The notes under the pieces: model-generated | What the model was told of the DNA's origin: nothing | Seen by the model: only the letters and a program-made list of their open reading frames with translations | The model's database searches: none | Source of the DNA: a virus | IMG/VR virus record: IMGVR_UViG_3300028829_005090 | Span: 1 to 6,845 of that record | DNA length: 6,845 nucleotides | Strand: one strand, 5' to 3' | Translations under genes and position numbers: made by a program | Part shown: positions 1-5,333 of the stretch, piece after piece | Numbering within the stretch: the stretch's first letter is position 1 | Layout: every line of letters begins with the position of its first letter

Positions 1-144
1 ATTGCTGGCGAATGTGTTTCAACTCCTGCACCAGAAGAAAGTAACGAAAATTCAACCGTTAGAATAAAGACTCCTACCGTAACCGAGGGCTTTTATACTT
101 CCCTTTATCCAGACGGTTTTGACGGTCTTTTGAATAGTTCAATC
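1..144. repeat. Terminal redundancy, copy A (identical to 6702-6845)
   Basis: Direct base-by-base comparison of both window ends shows 144/144 identity. Confidence 0.97.
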
Positions 145-363
145 GACGGTTTTAAGTCAGGGCCTTTTTATGAAGGTATGCAACAATTTTCTATTTCCAT
201 TGGCGGTGGTTCTGTACCTAGTTGGAATCTTTGTTTCGATGTAGGTATTGCCAACCTTGGCTGTCATGACCTTTCCGTTCCTGCTTACGTTTGGGACTTT
301 ATTAAAGCTTGTTTACTTATTTGCTCTGCTTTTCTTTGTCGTGCAATAATTTTTGGGGGTTAA
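1..363 (+). CDS. pIII-like minor coat/adsorption protein, C-terminal 120 codons (continuation of 5634-6845 across the circular junction)
   Basis: Position 1 is in phase with the ORF that starts at 5634 (6702 and 1 are both codon starts). It ends ...VWDFIKACLLICSAFLCRAIIFGG-TAA, a C-terminal hydrophobic anchor as in Ff g3p. The 130-363 ORF in the track is only the tail of this gene. Confidence 0.8.
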   Translation: MAGECVSTPAPEESNENSTVRIKTPTVTEGFYTSLYPDGFDGLLNSSIDGFKSGPFYEGMQQFSISIGGGSVPSWNLCFDVGIANLGCHDLSVPAYVWDFIKACLLICSAFLCRAIIFGG

Positions 364-366
364 GTT

Positions 367-681
367 ATGGATTTATTAAATCAAATTTGGAATGACTTTG
401 TTGATTTTTGTTATGCCATTGTCATCTCATTAGTTGAAATGTTAAAGGATTTATTTTTTTGGCTTTATGAAACGGTTACAAATGCTTTGATGTTGCTTGT
501 TAACTCTTTGTCTGATGTATTCAGCCTTTTTGATATCACTAGTTATTTAACTGGTTTACCCGCAGACACTCTTAACATTATGGGCCTAATAGGCTTAGAT
601 ACTATTTCATCAATGATTGTTGCGTCTCTTTTGGTTCGTCTTGTTCTCCAACTAATTCCTTTTGTTCGTTTAGGCTCATAG
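367..681 (+). CDS. pVI-like small hydrophobic minor coat protein (104 aa)
   Basis: The ATG lies 4 nt after the pIII-like stop, with SD GGGGG at 355-359. The protein is largely hydrophobic with several membrane-like segments. It sits between the pIII-like and pI-like genes, exactly as Ff gene VI does (112 aa). Confidence 0.6.
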   Translation: MDLLNQIWNDFVDFCYAIVISLVEMLKDLFFWLYETVTNALMLLVNSLSDVFSLFDITSYLTGLPADTLNIMGLIGLDTISSMIVASLLVRLVLQLIPFVRLGS

Positions 682-689
682 GGGTAATT

Positions 690-1877
690 ATGTCTATTTA
701 TTTAATTTTAGGTCGACCAGGTGGCGGCAAAAGTTATGAAGCCACTGTCTATCATGCACTTAAAGCTTTAAAAGATGGTCGCAGAGTTATAACTAACCTT
801 CCTTTAACTGTTTCCGTATTTGAGAAGGTTTTTGGAGAGGAATTTATTGCTTCACACCTAGAGATAAGAACCGAGGCCATTGGCCCACCTCCTAACATCA
901 AATCCAATGGCATTAACTGGAAGCGTTCACCCTCTGAAAAACTTATTCGAAAGCCATTTTCTACCGTTGAATGCTATCAAGATGATTGGAGGCACCCTGA
1001 CACCGGCATCGGTGCTTTGTTTATCGTTGATGAATGTCACTTTGTTTTGCCTCGTGCTAGCACTCCTGTTGAGGTTTCTAACTGGTATTCGATGCATAGG
1101 CACCATGGCTATGACATTCTTTTAATCTCACAAGGCTATAAAAAAATTAATGCTGACATTATCGACATGGTCGAGTTAGTTTATTTTCTTCAAAAAAACA
1201 AAATGTTAGGCGATGAAGGTTCTTATACAAGGAAAATTAAAGATGGTGTTCGTGGAGCTATTGTCAATGCTGATACTCGAAAGTATCAAAAAGAGTATTT
1301 TAAATATTATAAAAGTCATACAGCCTCTAATTCATCTGTTACTGAAGCTCATGCTCAAGATATTCGCGGCTTTTGGCAAGGTGGTCTTATTCGTTCTTCT
1401 ATTGGGATTTTTGTCTTGGTTGGTATTGGCATTGTCTACAACCTAACAAATATGAAAGATGAGCCTGTTTCCCCTACAGTTGAGCCTATAAAAGAGGTTA
1501 GCTATTCTAGACAACAAGTCCTTGATAGAGCTGATTCTAATAAAAGCACTGTTTTAGCTCCTCCTCCTGTTGTCCCTGTCGCTACTGTAGCTGAGACTAA
1601 AAAAGAAGTTGAAATTAAGGATCATCCTTTTTCTAAATTTGAATTTATAATTAAAGGTCGTTTCTTTATGAATGATGTGCAAGATTTTTCTTTTGTGGCT
1701 ACCCAGAACGGCCAACCGCTTTTCTATGTGACTATGCGTGATTTTTATATGGCAGGTTATGGCCTAGAAGTTCTCGGTGATTGTGCTATAAAAATTACCT
1801 ACAAAGACTTTTATTCTTCTTTTATTAATTGTGGCCTTCCTTCCGTTTCAATGACTGGTACTCAACCAATTAATTAA
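690..1877 (+). CDS. Zot/pI-family P-loop NTPase, filamentous phage assembly protein (395 aa)
   Basis: Walker A GRPGGGKS is encoded at 711-734 at the extreme N-terminus. Walker B LFIVDECH has its DE at 1029-1034. There is a single central TM segment (SSIGIFVLVGIGIVYNL) followed by a roughly 140-aa C-terminal domain. This is the Zot (PF05707) architecture. SD AGGGG is at 679-683. Confidence 0.9.
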   Translation: MSIYLILGRPGGGKSYEATVYHALKALKDGRRVITNLPLTVSVFEKVFGEEFIASHLEIRTEAIGPPPNIKSNGINWKRSPSEKLIRKPFSTVECYQDDWRHPDTGIGALFIVDECHFVLPRASTPVEVSNWYSMHRHHGYDILLISQGYKKINADIIDMVELVYFLQKNKMLGDEGSYTRKIKDGVRGAIVNADTRKYQKEYFKYYKSHTASNSSVTEAHAQDIRGFWQGGLIRSSIGIFVLVGIGIVYNLTNMKDEPVSPTVEPIKEVSYSRQQVLDRADSNKSTVLAPPPVVPVATVAETKKEVEIKDHPFSKFEFIIKGRFFMNDVQDFSFVATQNGQPLFYVTMRDFYMAGYGLEVLGDCAIKITYKDFYSSFINCGLPSVSMTGTQPIN

Positions 1878-1887
1878 TAATTATTTG

Positions 1888-1929
1888 CGCTTATTTGGCC
1901 TAAATAGTTGTACTTTAGCCAAATAGGCG
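1888..1929 (+). repeat. Inverted repeat / ssDNA hairpin directly after the pI-like stop (12-bp stem, 18-nt loop)
   Basis: CGCTTATTTGGC (1888-1899) pairs with GCCAAATAGGCG (1918-1929), with one G-T pair. An alternative inner hairpin TATTT-GGCCT-AAATA is possible. No T-run follows, so it is not a classical terminator. Confidence 0.6.
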
Positions 1930-1935
1930 TATAAT
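1908..1935 (+). promoter_or_regulatory. Sigma70-like promoter candidate for the 2060-2818 cassette
   Basis: TTGTAC (1908-1913), a 16-nt spacer, then TATAAT (1930-1935). It is oriented toward the ATG at 2060 and overlaps the loop and 3' arm of the hairpin. Confidence 0.45.
1913..1934. repeat. Left copy of a split direct repeat bracketing the accessory cassette
   Basis: CTTTAGCC-AAAT-AGGCGTATAA here, versus CTTTAGCC-CGCGGC-AGGCGTATAA at 2813-2836. Identical blocks of 8 and 10 nt, exactly 900 bp apart. Confidence 0.6.
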
Positions 1936-2059
1936 AGAATTCAGAAGTTAAGGGAATGGCAGTCAAACGACAGACTTAAACAAGTCGGAGCAAGGGAAAT
2001 AACCCAGATTAAAAATTACTTCTACTAACTATTAACTAATTAATTAAAAGGAATATCAG

Positions 2060-2221
2060 ATGACTACATTAGAAGATTTAAAACATACGCACATGACGTC
2101 TCTTCAATTGAAACGTAAGCTTGAAAACGTTCGTAATGATAAGACTCTTTCAACAAGTGAAAAGATAGCTAAGAAGCGCGCTTTATGGTCTGAATTTGAA
2201 TCTAAATTTCTTGAGGGTTAA
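2060..2221 (+). CDS. Hypothetical 53-aa charged, helical protein (below the ORF-track size cut-off)
   Basis: My own translation is MTTLEDLKHTHMTSLQLKRKLENVRNDKTLSTSEKIAKKRALWSEFESKFLEG. SD AAGGA (2048-2052) lies 7 nt before the ATG. The stop TAA (2219-2221) is 3 nt before the next ATG, and that gene's SD GAGGG lies inside this ORF's 3' end. This is an operon-like arrangement. Confidence 0.55.
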   Translation: MTTLEDLKHTHMTSLQLKRKLENVRNDKTLSTSEKIAKKRALWSEFESKFLEG

Positions 2222-2224
2222 CTT

Positions 2225-2818
2225 ATGATAGGTAAAACATTTTCTGAATCTTGTAAGTTAATGAATATCTCTAGAGTTCAGTTATCAGATGACACTGGCG
2301 TTCCTATTAAGACACTGGGTACATGGTATAAGACTAAGCCAAAGCTAATGTCAAAGCTCTTTGATTCTTATTCAACAGTTTCTAACTCAGAGCTTAATAA
2401 TGCCCTTTCTGTTATAGAGAGATTAAAAATAACAATCGATACTTTAACAAGAATAAAAGATGATAGATTTAAGACTTACGAGCCTATTGAGCCTATTGAG
2501 CCTATTGAGCCTATTGAGCCTATTGAGCCTATTGAGCTTATTGAGCCTATTGATCCTATTTTTAGTGAATACTTTAAGCAGATTATATTTTTTGTTAAGA
2601 ATTCGATTGTTAAAAGGTGTAATCTTAGTTGTTTAGGTTTCAAGCCCATATCTGTTTCGCCTAACGGTTCTTTCACACCAGAGAGCAGGAATGACTTACG
2701 AACGTACATCAACTGGCTTATTAATCTTAGTAGTGTTGATATCCCCGATTATCAAGATGGAGATCCTACAATAGAGGAAATCATTGATTATGTTGAATCT
2801 TCTAATTCTTTTCTTTAG
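2225..2818 (+). CDS. Putative DNA-binding protein: N-terminal helix-turn-helix, (EPI)n repeat linker, unknown C-terminal domain (197 aa)
   Basis: The N-terminal segment ISRVQLSDDTGVPIKTLGTWYK fits the classic HTH pattern (hydrophobic, G, V/I-s, T-h, W). The central part is YEPIEPIEPIEPIEPIEPIELIEPIDPIF. I do not recognise the C-terminal 85 aa. Confidence 0.75.
   Translation: MIGKTFSESCKLMNISRVQLSDDTGVPIKTLGTWYKTKPKLMSKLFDSYSTVSNSELNNALSVIERLKITIDTLTRIKDDRFKTYEPIEPIEPIEPIEPIEPIELIEPIDPIFSEYFKQIIFFVKNSIVKRCNLSCLGFKPISVSPNGSFTPESRNDLRTYINWLINLSSVDIPDYQDGDPTIEEIIDYVESSNSFL
2480..2560 (+). repeat. Tandem repeat, 9 units of 9 bp (GAGCCTATT), in frame within 2225-2818
   Basis: There are six perfect GAGCCTATT units (2480-2533), then GAGCTTATT, GAGCCTATT and GATCCTATT. 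They encode EPI x6, ELI, EPI, DPI. Confidence 0.97.
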
Positions 2819-2836
2819 CCCGCGGCAGGCGTATAA
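2813..2836. repeat. Right copy of the split direct repeat bracketing the accessory cassette
   Basis: CTTTAGCC-CGCGGC-AGGCGTATAA. It includes the TAG stop (2816-2818) of the 197-aa ORF and matches 1913-1934. Confidence 0.6.
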
Positions 2837-2956
2837 AACAAGCCCAGCGCAGCGCTACTCTAAGGCCAATAGATATTTGTATATTTTAACAAGACCCGAT
2901 CATCATAAATAAGACTTTTACCGCCACTTGTACCAAACCGTCTTTTGATTTTAGGG

Positions 2957-2984
2957 TTTTAATCTTTTAATCTTTTAATCTTTT
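2957..2984 (+). repeat. Iteron-like tandem repeat TTTTAATC x3 (plus a partial fourth unit) upstream of rep
   Basis: TTTTAATC occurs at 2957-2964, 2965-2972 and 2973-2980, followed by TTTT. A degenerate relative, CTTTTGATTTTAGGG, lies just upstream (2942-2956). Confidence 0.85.
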
Positions 2985-2998
2985 TGTAGTATATTTAC

Positions 2999-3018
2999 TT
3001 TTTTATAGATATAAAAAA
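2999..3018. repeat. 20-bp AT-only palindrome TTTTTTATA-GA-TATAAAAAA
   Basis: The 9-bp arms at 2999-3007 and 3010-3018 are exact reverse complements. It lies about 75 bp upstream of the rep ATG and directly after the iteron-like repeats. Confidence 0.8.
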
Positions 3019-3092
3019 AGCGTTTAGCAGTCACCACAACCGCCAAACGCCACCATAAACATTCAAGCCACCAAGCTTACAAGGTTTACAAT

Positions 3093-4448
3093 ATGAATAC
3101 TAATTTACAAACAATTAACAGTCAAGCTCACACATTGGGAGGGGCCCCACGTAGTGGGGAGGGCTCCCAATTTGGTGGGCTTCTTGTTACTGTTACCAAA
3201 AACTCTTCCGCCCCTTTAAAATCAAACACTTGGAGAGCACCGTTTTGTCATCCTAATACTGGTGAAGAGGTCTTTTTTGAGCAACCTAAAAAGGTTCAAA
3301 CAGATTATAGGGCTGATAGGTGGGCTTTTAAATCCGTTGTAAATAAAGTACTACCATTCTCTAGAACTGCCAAGTGTATGAGATTTAGGTCATTTACTGA
3401 CGATGGATTAAGTTTGATTAAAATCATGAAGAGTAAAGACAATAAAGCTTTCTATTCTGGCTTGATGGCTTGCGGTAGTGTTTGGAATTGTCCTATTTGC
3501 GCGGCTAAGATTTCAGAGAAAAGACGTATTGAATTAAAAGATGCTTTGGATGTTGCTAAAGATAACAATTTTAAAACTTTCTTGGTTACTCTTACCGTTC
3601 CCCATGGCATCGGTGACGATTTAAAAGATTTACGTTTAAGAATTAGGAAAGCACAAGGTAAATTATCATCTGGTAGGGCATCTATTAAAAATCAACTTAA
3701 AAATCTTGATTTGGGATATACCCAGCACGGCTTTATTCGTGTTCTCGAAGTCACGCACGGACAAAAAAACGGCTTTCATCCTCATTTGCACATTTTAGTT
3801 TTTACGAGTCAATCGGTAACATCTGAACTTCTCGATTCTGTTTATACTTCAAGTTGGCTCAATGCTTGCGTTTCTTCTGGTTTGCCTTTGCCAACTGAAA
3901 AACATGGTTGCCATGTTCAAGATGGTTCAGTTGCCTCTGACTATGTAACAAAATGGGGCATTGAGGATGAAATGACTAAATCTAATTCTAAAGTCTCGCG
4001 TTCTAATAAAGGTGTTACCCCATTCGGTCTATTAAAATGCATTATTGACGGTGACGATGAATTTTATACACCAGAAAAAGCTACTAAACTTTTCTCCGTT
4101 TATTCAAAATGCTTTAAGGGTGCCCGTCAATTGCATTGGTCAGTTGGACTTAGAAAGCTATTGTCACAAGAAAACGAAGTATCAGACCAAGAATTGGTTG
4201 ATTCTAAAGATGATGAAGCCTTTACCATGGGAGTTCTTAGTTTTGAGCAATGGCAAGTCATACGTAGAAAGAAACTAGAATCTAGCATTTTAACTTTGGT
4301 GGAAACTAGTTCTCTTGATGATTTAAAAAGTTTTATTTTTAACTCTACAAATTTAATCCTTATGTCTCATAAAAACGAACTCGATGCACATAATATTGTT
4401 TCCCCTTTCCCAGAGGACCCCAATTATTACAATCGTTATTTAGAATGA
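3093..4448 (+). CDS. rep: Rolling-circle replication initiator, HUH endonuclease of the pC194/pUB110 Rep_1 type (451 aa)
   Basis: There is a Cys-rich motif CGSVWNCPICAAK (3471-3500 covers C..C). Motif 1 is FLVTLTVPH. The HUH motif HPHLHILVF is at 3777-3803. The Y-x-x-K motif DYVTKW has its Tyr codon at 3942-3944. Order and spacing match Rep_1 (PF01446) plasmid initiators. The stop is TGA at 4446-4448. Confidence 0.85.
   Translation: MNTNLQTINSQAHTLGGAPRSGEGSQFGGLLVTVTKNSSAPLKSNTWRAPFCHPNTGEEVFFEQPKKVQTDYRADRWAFKSVVNKVLPFSRTAKCMRFRSFTDDGLSLIKIMKSKDNKAFYSGLMACGSVWNCPICAAKISEKRRIELKDALDVAKDNNFKTFLVTLTVPHGIGDDLKDLRLRIRKAQGKLSSGRASIKNQLKNLDLGYTQHGFIRVLEVTHGQKNGFHPHLHILVFTSQSVTSELLDSVYTSSWLNACVSSGLPLPTEKHGCHVQDGSVASDYVTKWGIEDEMTKSNSKVSRSNKGVTPFGLLKCIIDGDDEFYTPEKATKLFSVYSKCFKGARQLHWSVGLRKLLSQENEVSDQELVDSKDDEAFTMGVLSFEQWQVIRRKKLESSILTLVETSSLDDLKSFIFNSTNLILMSHKNELDAHNIVSPFPEDPNYYNRYLE
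3134..3171 (+). repeat. GC-rich imperfect hairpin embedded in the 5' coding region of rep
   Basis: ATTGGGAG-GGG-CCCCAC-GTA-GTGGGG-AGGG-CTCCCAAT has an outer 8-bp stem, a G-rich internal loop, an inner 6-bp stem and a 3-nt loop. It also contains GGGGCCCC. It stands out strongly against the AT-rich background and encodes the Gly-rich peptide LGGAPRSGEGSQF. Confidence 0.8.
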
Positions 4449-4687
4449 TCTCTTTTCATTTTCTCTTCTATTGCAATACTCGCGAACTGGCTACTAGTCA
4501 CCACAGTATCTTTACAGTGACTTTTTAGCCTCTCTTTTGTTACATCAAATATTCTTATTGTTGATGTATCTTTGTTTTTCTCAAGATCTTCTATTCTCAC
4601 TGTTTTTCTGAATCCCTCCTCTTTTATTATCTCTCTCGCTACTTCTTTGGCTATTTCTTTTATATTTCTTTTTTCTTCTTCTTGCAT
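4436..4687 (-). CDS. Small charged protein, putative transcriptional regulator (possible ribbon-helix-helix at the C-terminus), 83 aa
   Basis: This is the only convincing minus-strand ORF. I place the start at the ATG at 4687, not the track's GTG at 4696, because that GTG is part of the SD AAGGTGA, which lies 5 nt upstream of the ATG. The segment TIRIFDVTKERLKSHCKDTVVTSSQFASIAIEEKMKR fits a beta-strand, helix, helix pattern. The 3' end overlaps the rep 3' end by 13 nt. Confidence 0.55.
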   Translation of the reverse strand: MQEEEKRNIKEIAKEVAREIIKEEGFRKTVRIEDLEKNKDTSTIRIFDVTKERLKSHCKDTVVTSSQFASIAIEEKMKRDHSK

Positions 4688-4707
4688 TTTATTCACCTTT
4701 TGTTTAT

Positions 4708-4742
4708 TGTGTCGTTATGTGTCGCATTGTGTCACAGTGTGA
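4708..4742. promoter_or_regulatory. Operator-like array: TGTGTC x3 at exact 10-bp spacing, ending in the palindrome TCACA-G-TGTGA
   Basis: TGTGTC occurs at 4708-4713, 4718-4723 and 4728-4733. TCACAGTGTGA is at 4732-4742. The array lies in the 96-bp gap between the minus-strand regulator start (4687) and the ATG at 4784. Confidence 0.55.
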
Positions 4743-4783
4743 TTAATCTTTTCTTACATTTTTTATAATATGAGGCTTTATTT

Positions 4784-5083
4784 ATGAAAGTACAAATGCA
4801 AGTTCTATCAATTGGCTCGGGTACTTTAGAAACTGGCGGCGAATGGGCTAATGCTCACGTTCTTGATAGCAACCAAGTTGAGTTTGACGATGGTACTAGA
4901 CAGGAAAAAGGCTGCAAAGTTGCAAAAATCAAAGTCGATTCCTCTAATGATAACCTTGTTGCTAAACGTTTTTTTAGAGAAAACTTTCCCGCTACTTTTA
5001 CTTTAGAAGTAGATACAAGCGTTAAAAAAGGCGCAATGGAAGTCGTTATCAAAGATTTTTTATCAAACATTAAAACGGCTTAA
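4784..5083 (+). CDS. Putative ssDNA-binding protein (pV-like by size and position), 99 aa
   Basis: SD GAGG (4772-4775) lies 8 nt before the ATG. It is the first plus-strand gene after rep and before the coat genes, and its length is close to Ff gVp (87 aa). I recognise no direct motif, so the assignment rests on position only. Confidence 0.45.
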   Translation: MKVQMQVLSIGSGTLETGGEWANAHVLDSNQVEFDDGTRQEKGCKVAKIKVDSSNDNLVAKRFFRENFPATFTLEVDTSVKKGAMEVVIKDFLSNIKTA

Positions 5084-5086
5084 AAA

Positions 5087-5329
5087 ATGGCTGTTTGTAC
5101 TGAATTTGTCAATGGTTACTTAATGCAAAGCTCTGTTAGCGTTGCAAATTGTACTAATTACATTCTTGTAACTGCTGACGAATACAACTCTTTTGCGAAT
5201 GTTTTCGCATTAGATTCCTCGACAATTACCCTTTGCATTACTTTTGGCTTTGGCATGGTTGTCTCTACTTACTTTTTAGCTTATCCAATAATGATGGCTC
5301 AAAAGATTATTAAACTAATAGGAAAATAA
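5087..5329 (+). CDS. Hypothetical small membrane protein (80 aa), possible minor virion or assembly component
   Basis: The ATG is 4 nt after the upstream stop, suggesting coupling. It has a C-terminal TM-like segment ITLCITFGFGMVVSTYFLAYPIMMA followed by the basic tail QKIIKLIGK. There is no clear SD. Confidence 0.45.
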   Translation: MAVCTEFVNGYLMQSSVSVANCTNYILVTADEYNSFANVFALDSSTITLCITFGFGMVVSTYFLAYPIMMAQKIIKLIGK

Positions 5330-5333
5330 AATT

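Noticed and set aside
130-363. Track ORF of 77 aa called as an independent gene (TTG start)
   Set aside because: It is in phase with, and continuous with, the ORF that starts at 5634 once the circle is closed. It is the C-terminal anchor region of the pIII-like protein.
880-1446. Track ORFs 880-1125 and 1213-1446 nested in alternative frames of the Zot/pI gene
   Set aside because: They lie entirely inside a confidently identified CDS and have no SD. Their Leu/Phe-rich composition is typical of off-frame translation of T-rich DNA.
2476-2712. Minus-strand ORF of 78 aa with a (GSI)n repeat
   Set aside because: It is the antisense read-through of the 9-bp tandem repeat. It is open only because the repeat lacks stops in that frame, and it has no SD.
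2819-2856. GC-rich patch with CCGCGG and AGCGC-A-GCGCT after the 197-aa ORF as an intrinsic terminator
   Set aside because: The palindromes leave loops too short to fold, and no T-run follows. The patch is kept only as part of the cassette-boundary observation.
2866-2891. Possible XerCD dif-like site around ATATT-TGTATA-TTTTAAC
   Set aside because: Only the TGTATA central hexamer resembles dif. The flanking arms do not match the XerC (GGTGCGCATAA) or XerD (TTATGTTAAAT) arms.
2480-2984. The short tandem repeats (9-bp x9 and 8-bp x3) as CRISPR-like arrays
   Set aside because: The units are contiguous with no spacers and are far too short. One array is in-frame coding sequence.
4045-4278. Track ORF of 77 aa nested in rep
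   Set aside because: It is an alternative frame inside the Rep CDS, with no translation signals and no recognisable features.
4688-4696. GTG at 4696 as the start of the minus-strand gene (track coordinates 4436-4696)
   Set aside because: That GTG is part of the Shine-Dalgarno AAGGTGA, which lies 5 nt upstream of the in-frame ATG at 4687. The ATG start is much more plausible.
4764-4769. Perfect TATAAT as the promoter -10 for the 4784 gene
   Set aside because: It ends 14 nt before the ATG, so a start about 7 nt downstream would remove the SD GAGG (4772-4775). No acceptable -35 lies 16-18 bp upstream. It may instead belong to a minus-strand promoter or be chance in AT-rich DNA.
4446-4790. Alternative genetic code (TGA as Trp, plectrovirus-like), because the rep frame stays open past its TGA
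   Set aside because: All major ORFs are intact under the standard code and use TGG for Trp, with no internal TGA. The open frame past 4448 is just the antisense of the minus-strand gene.
4855-5070. Minus-strand ORF of 71 aa opposite the putative ssDNA-binding gene
   Set aside because: It is fully antisense to a plus-strand ORF that has a good SD and a syntenic position. It has no SD of its own.
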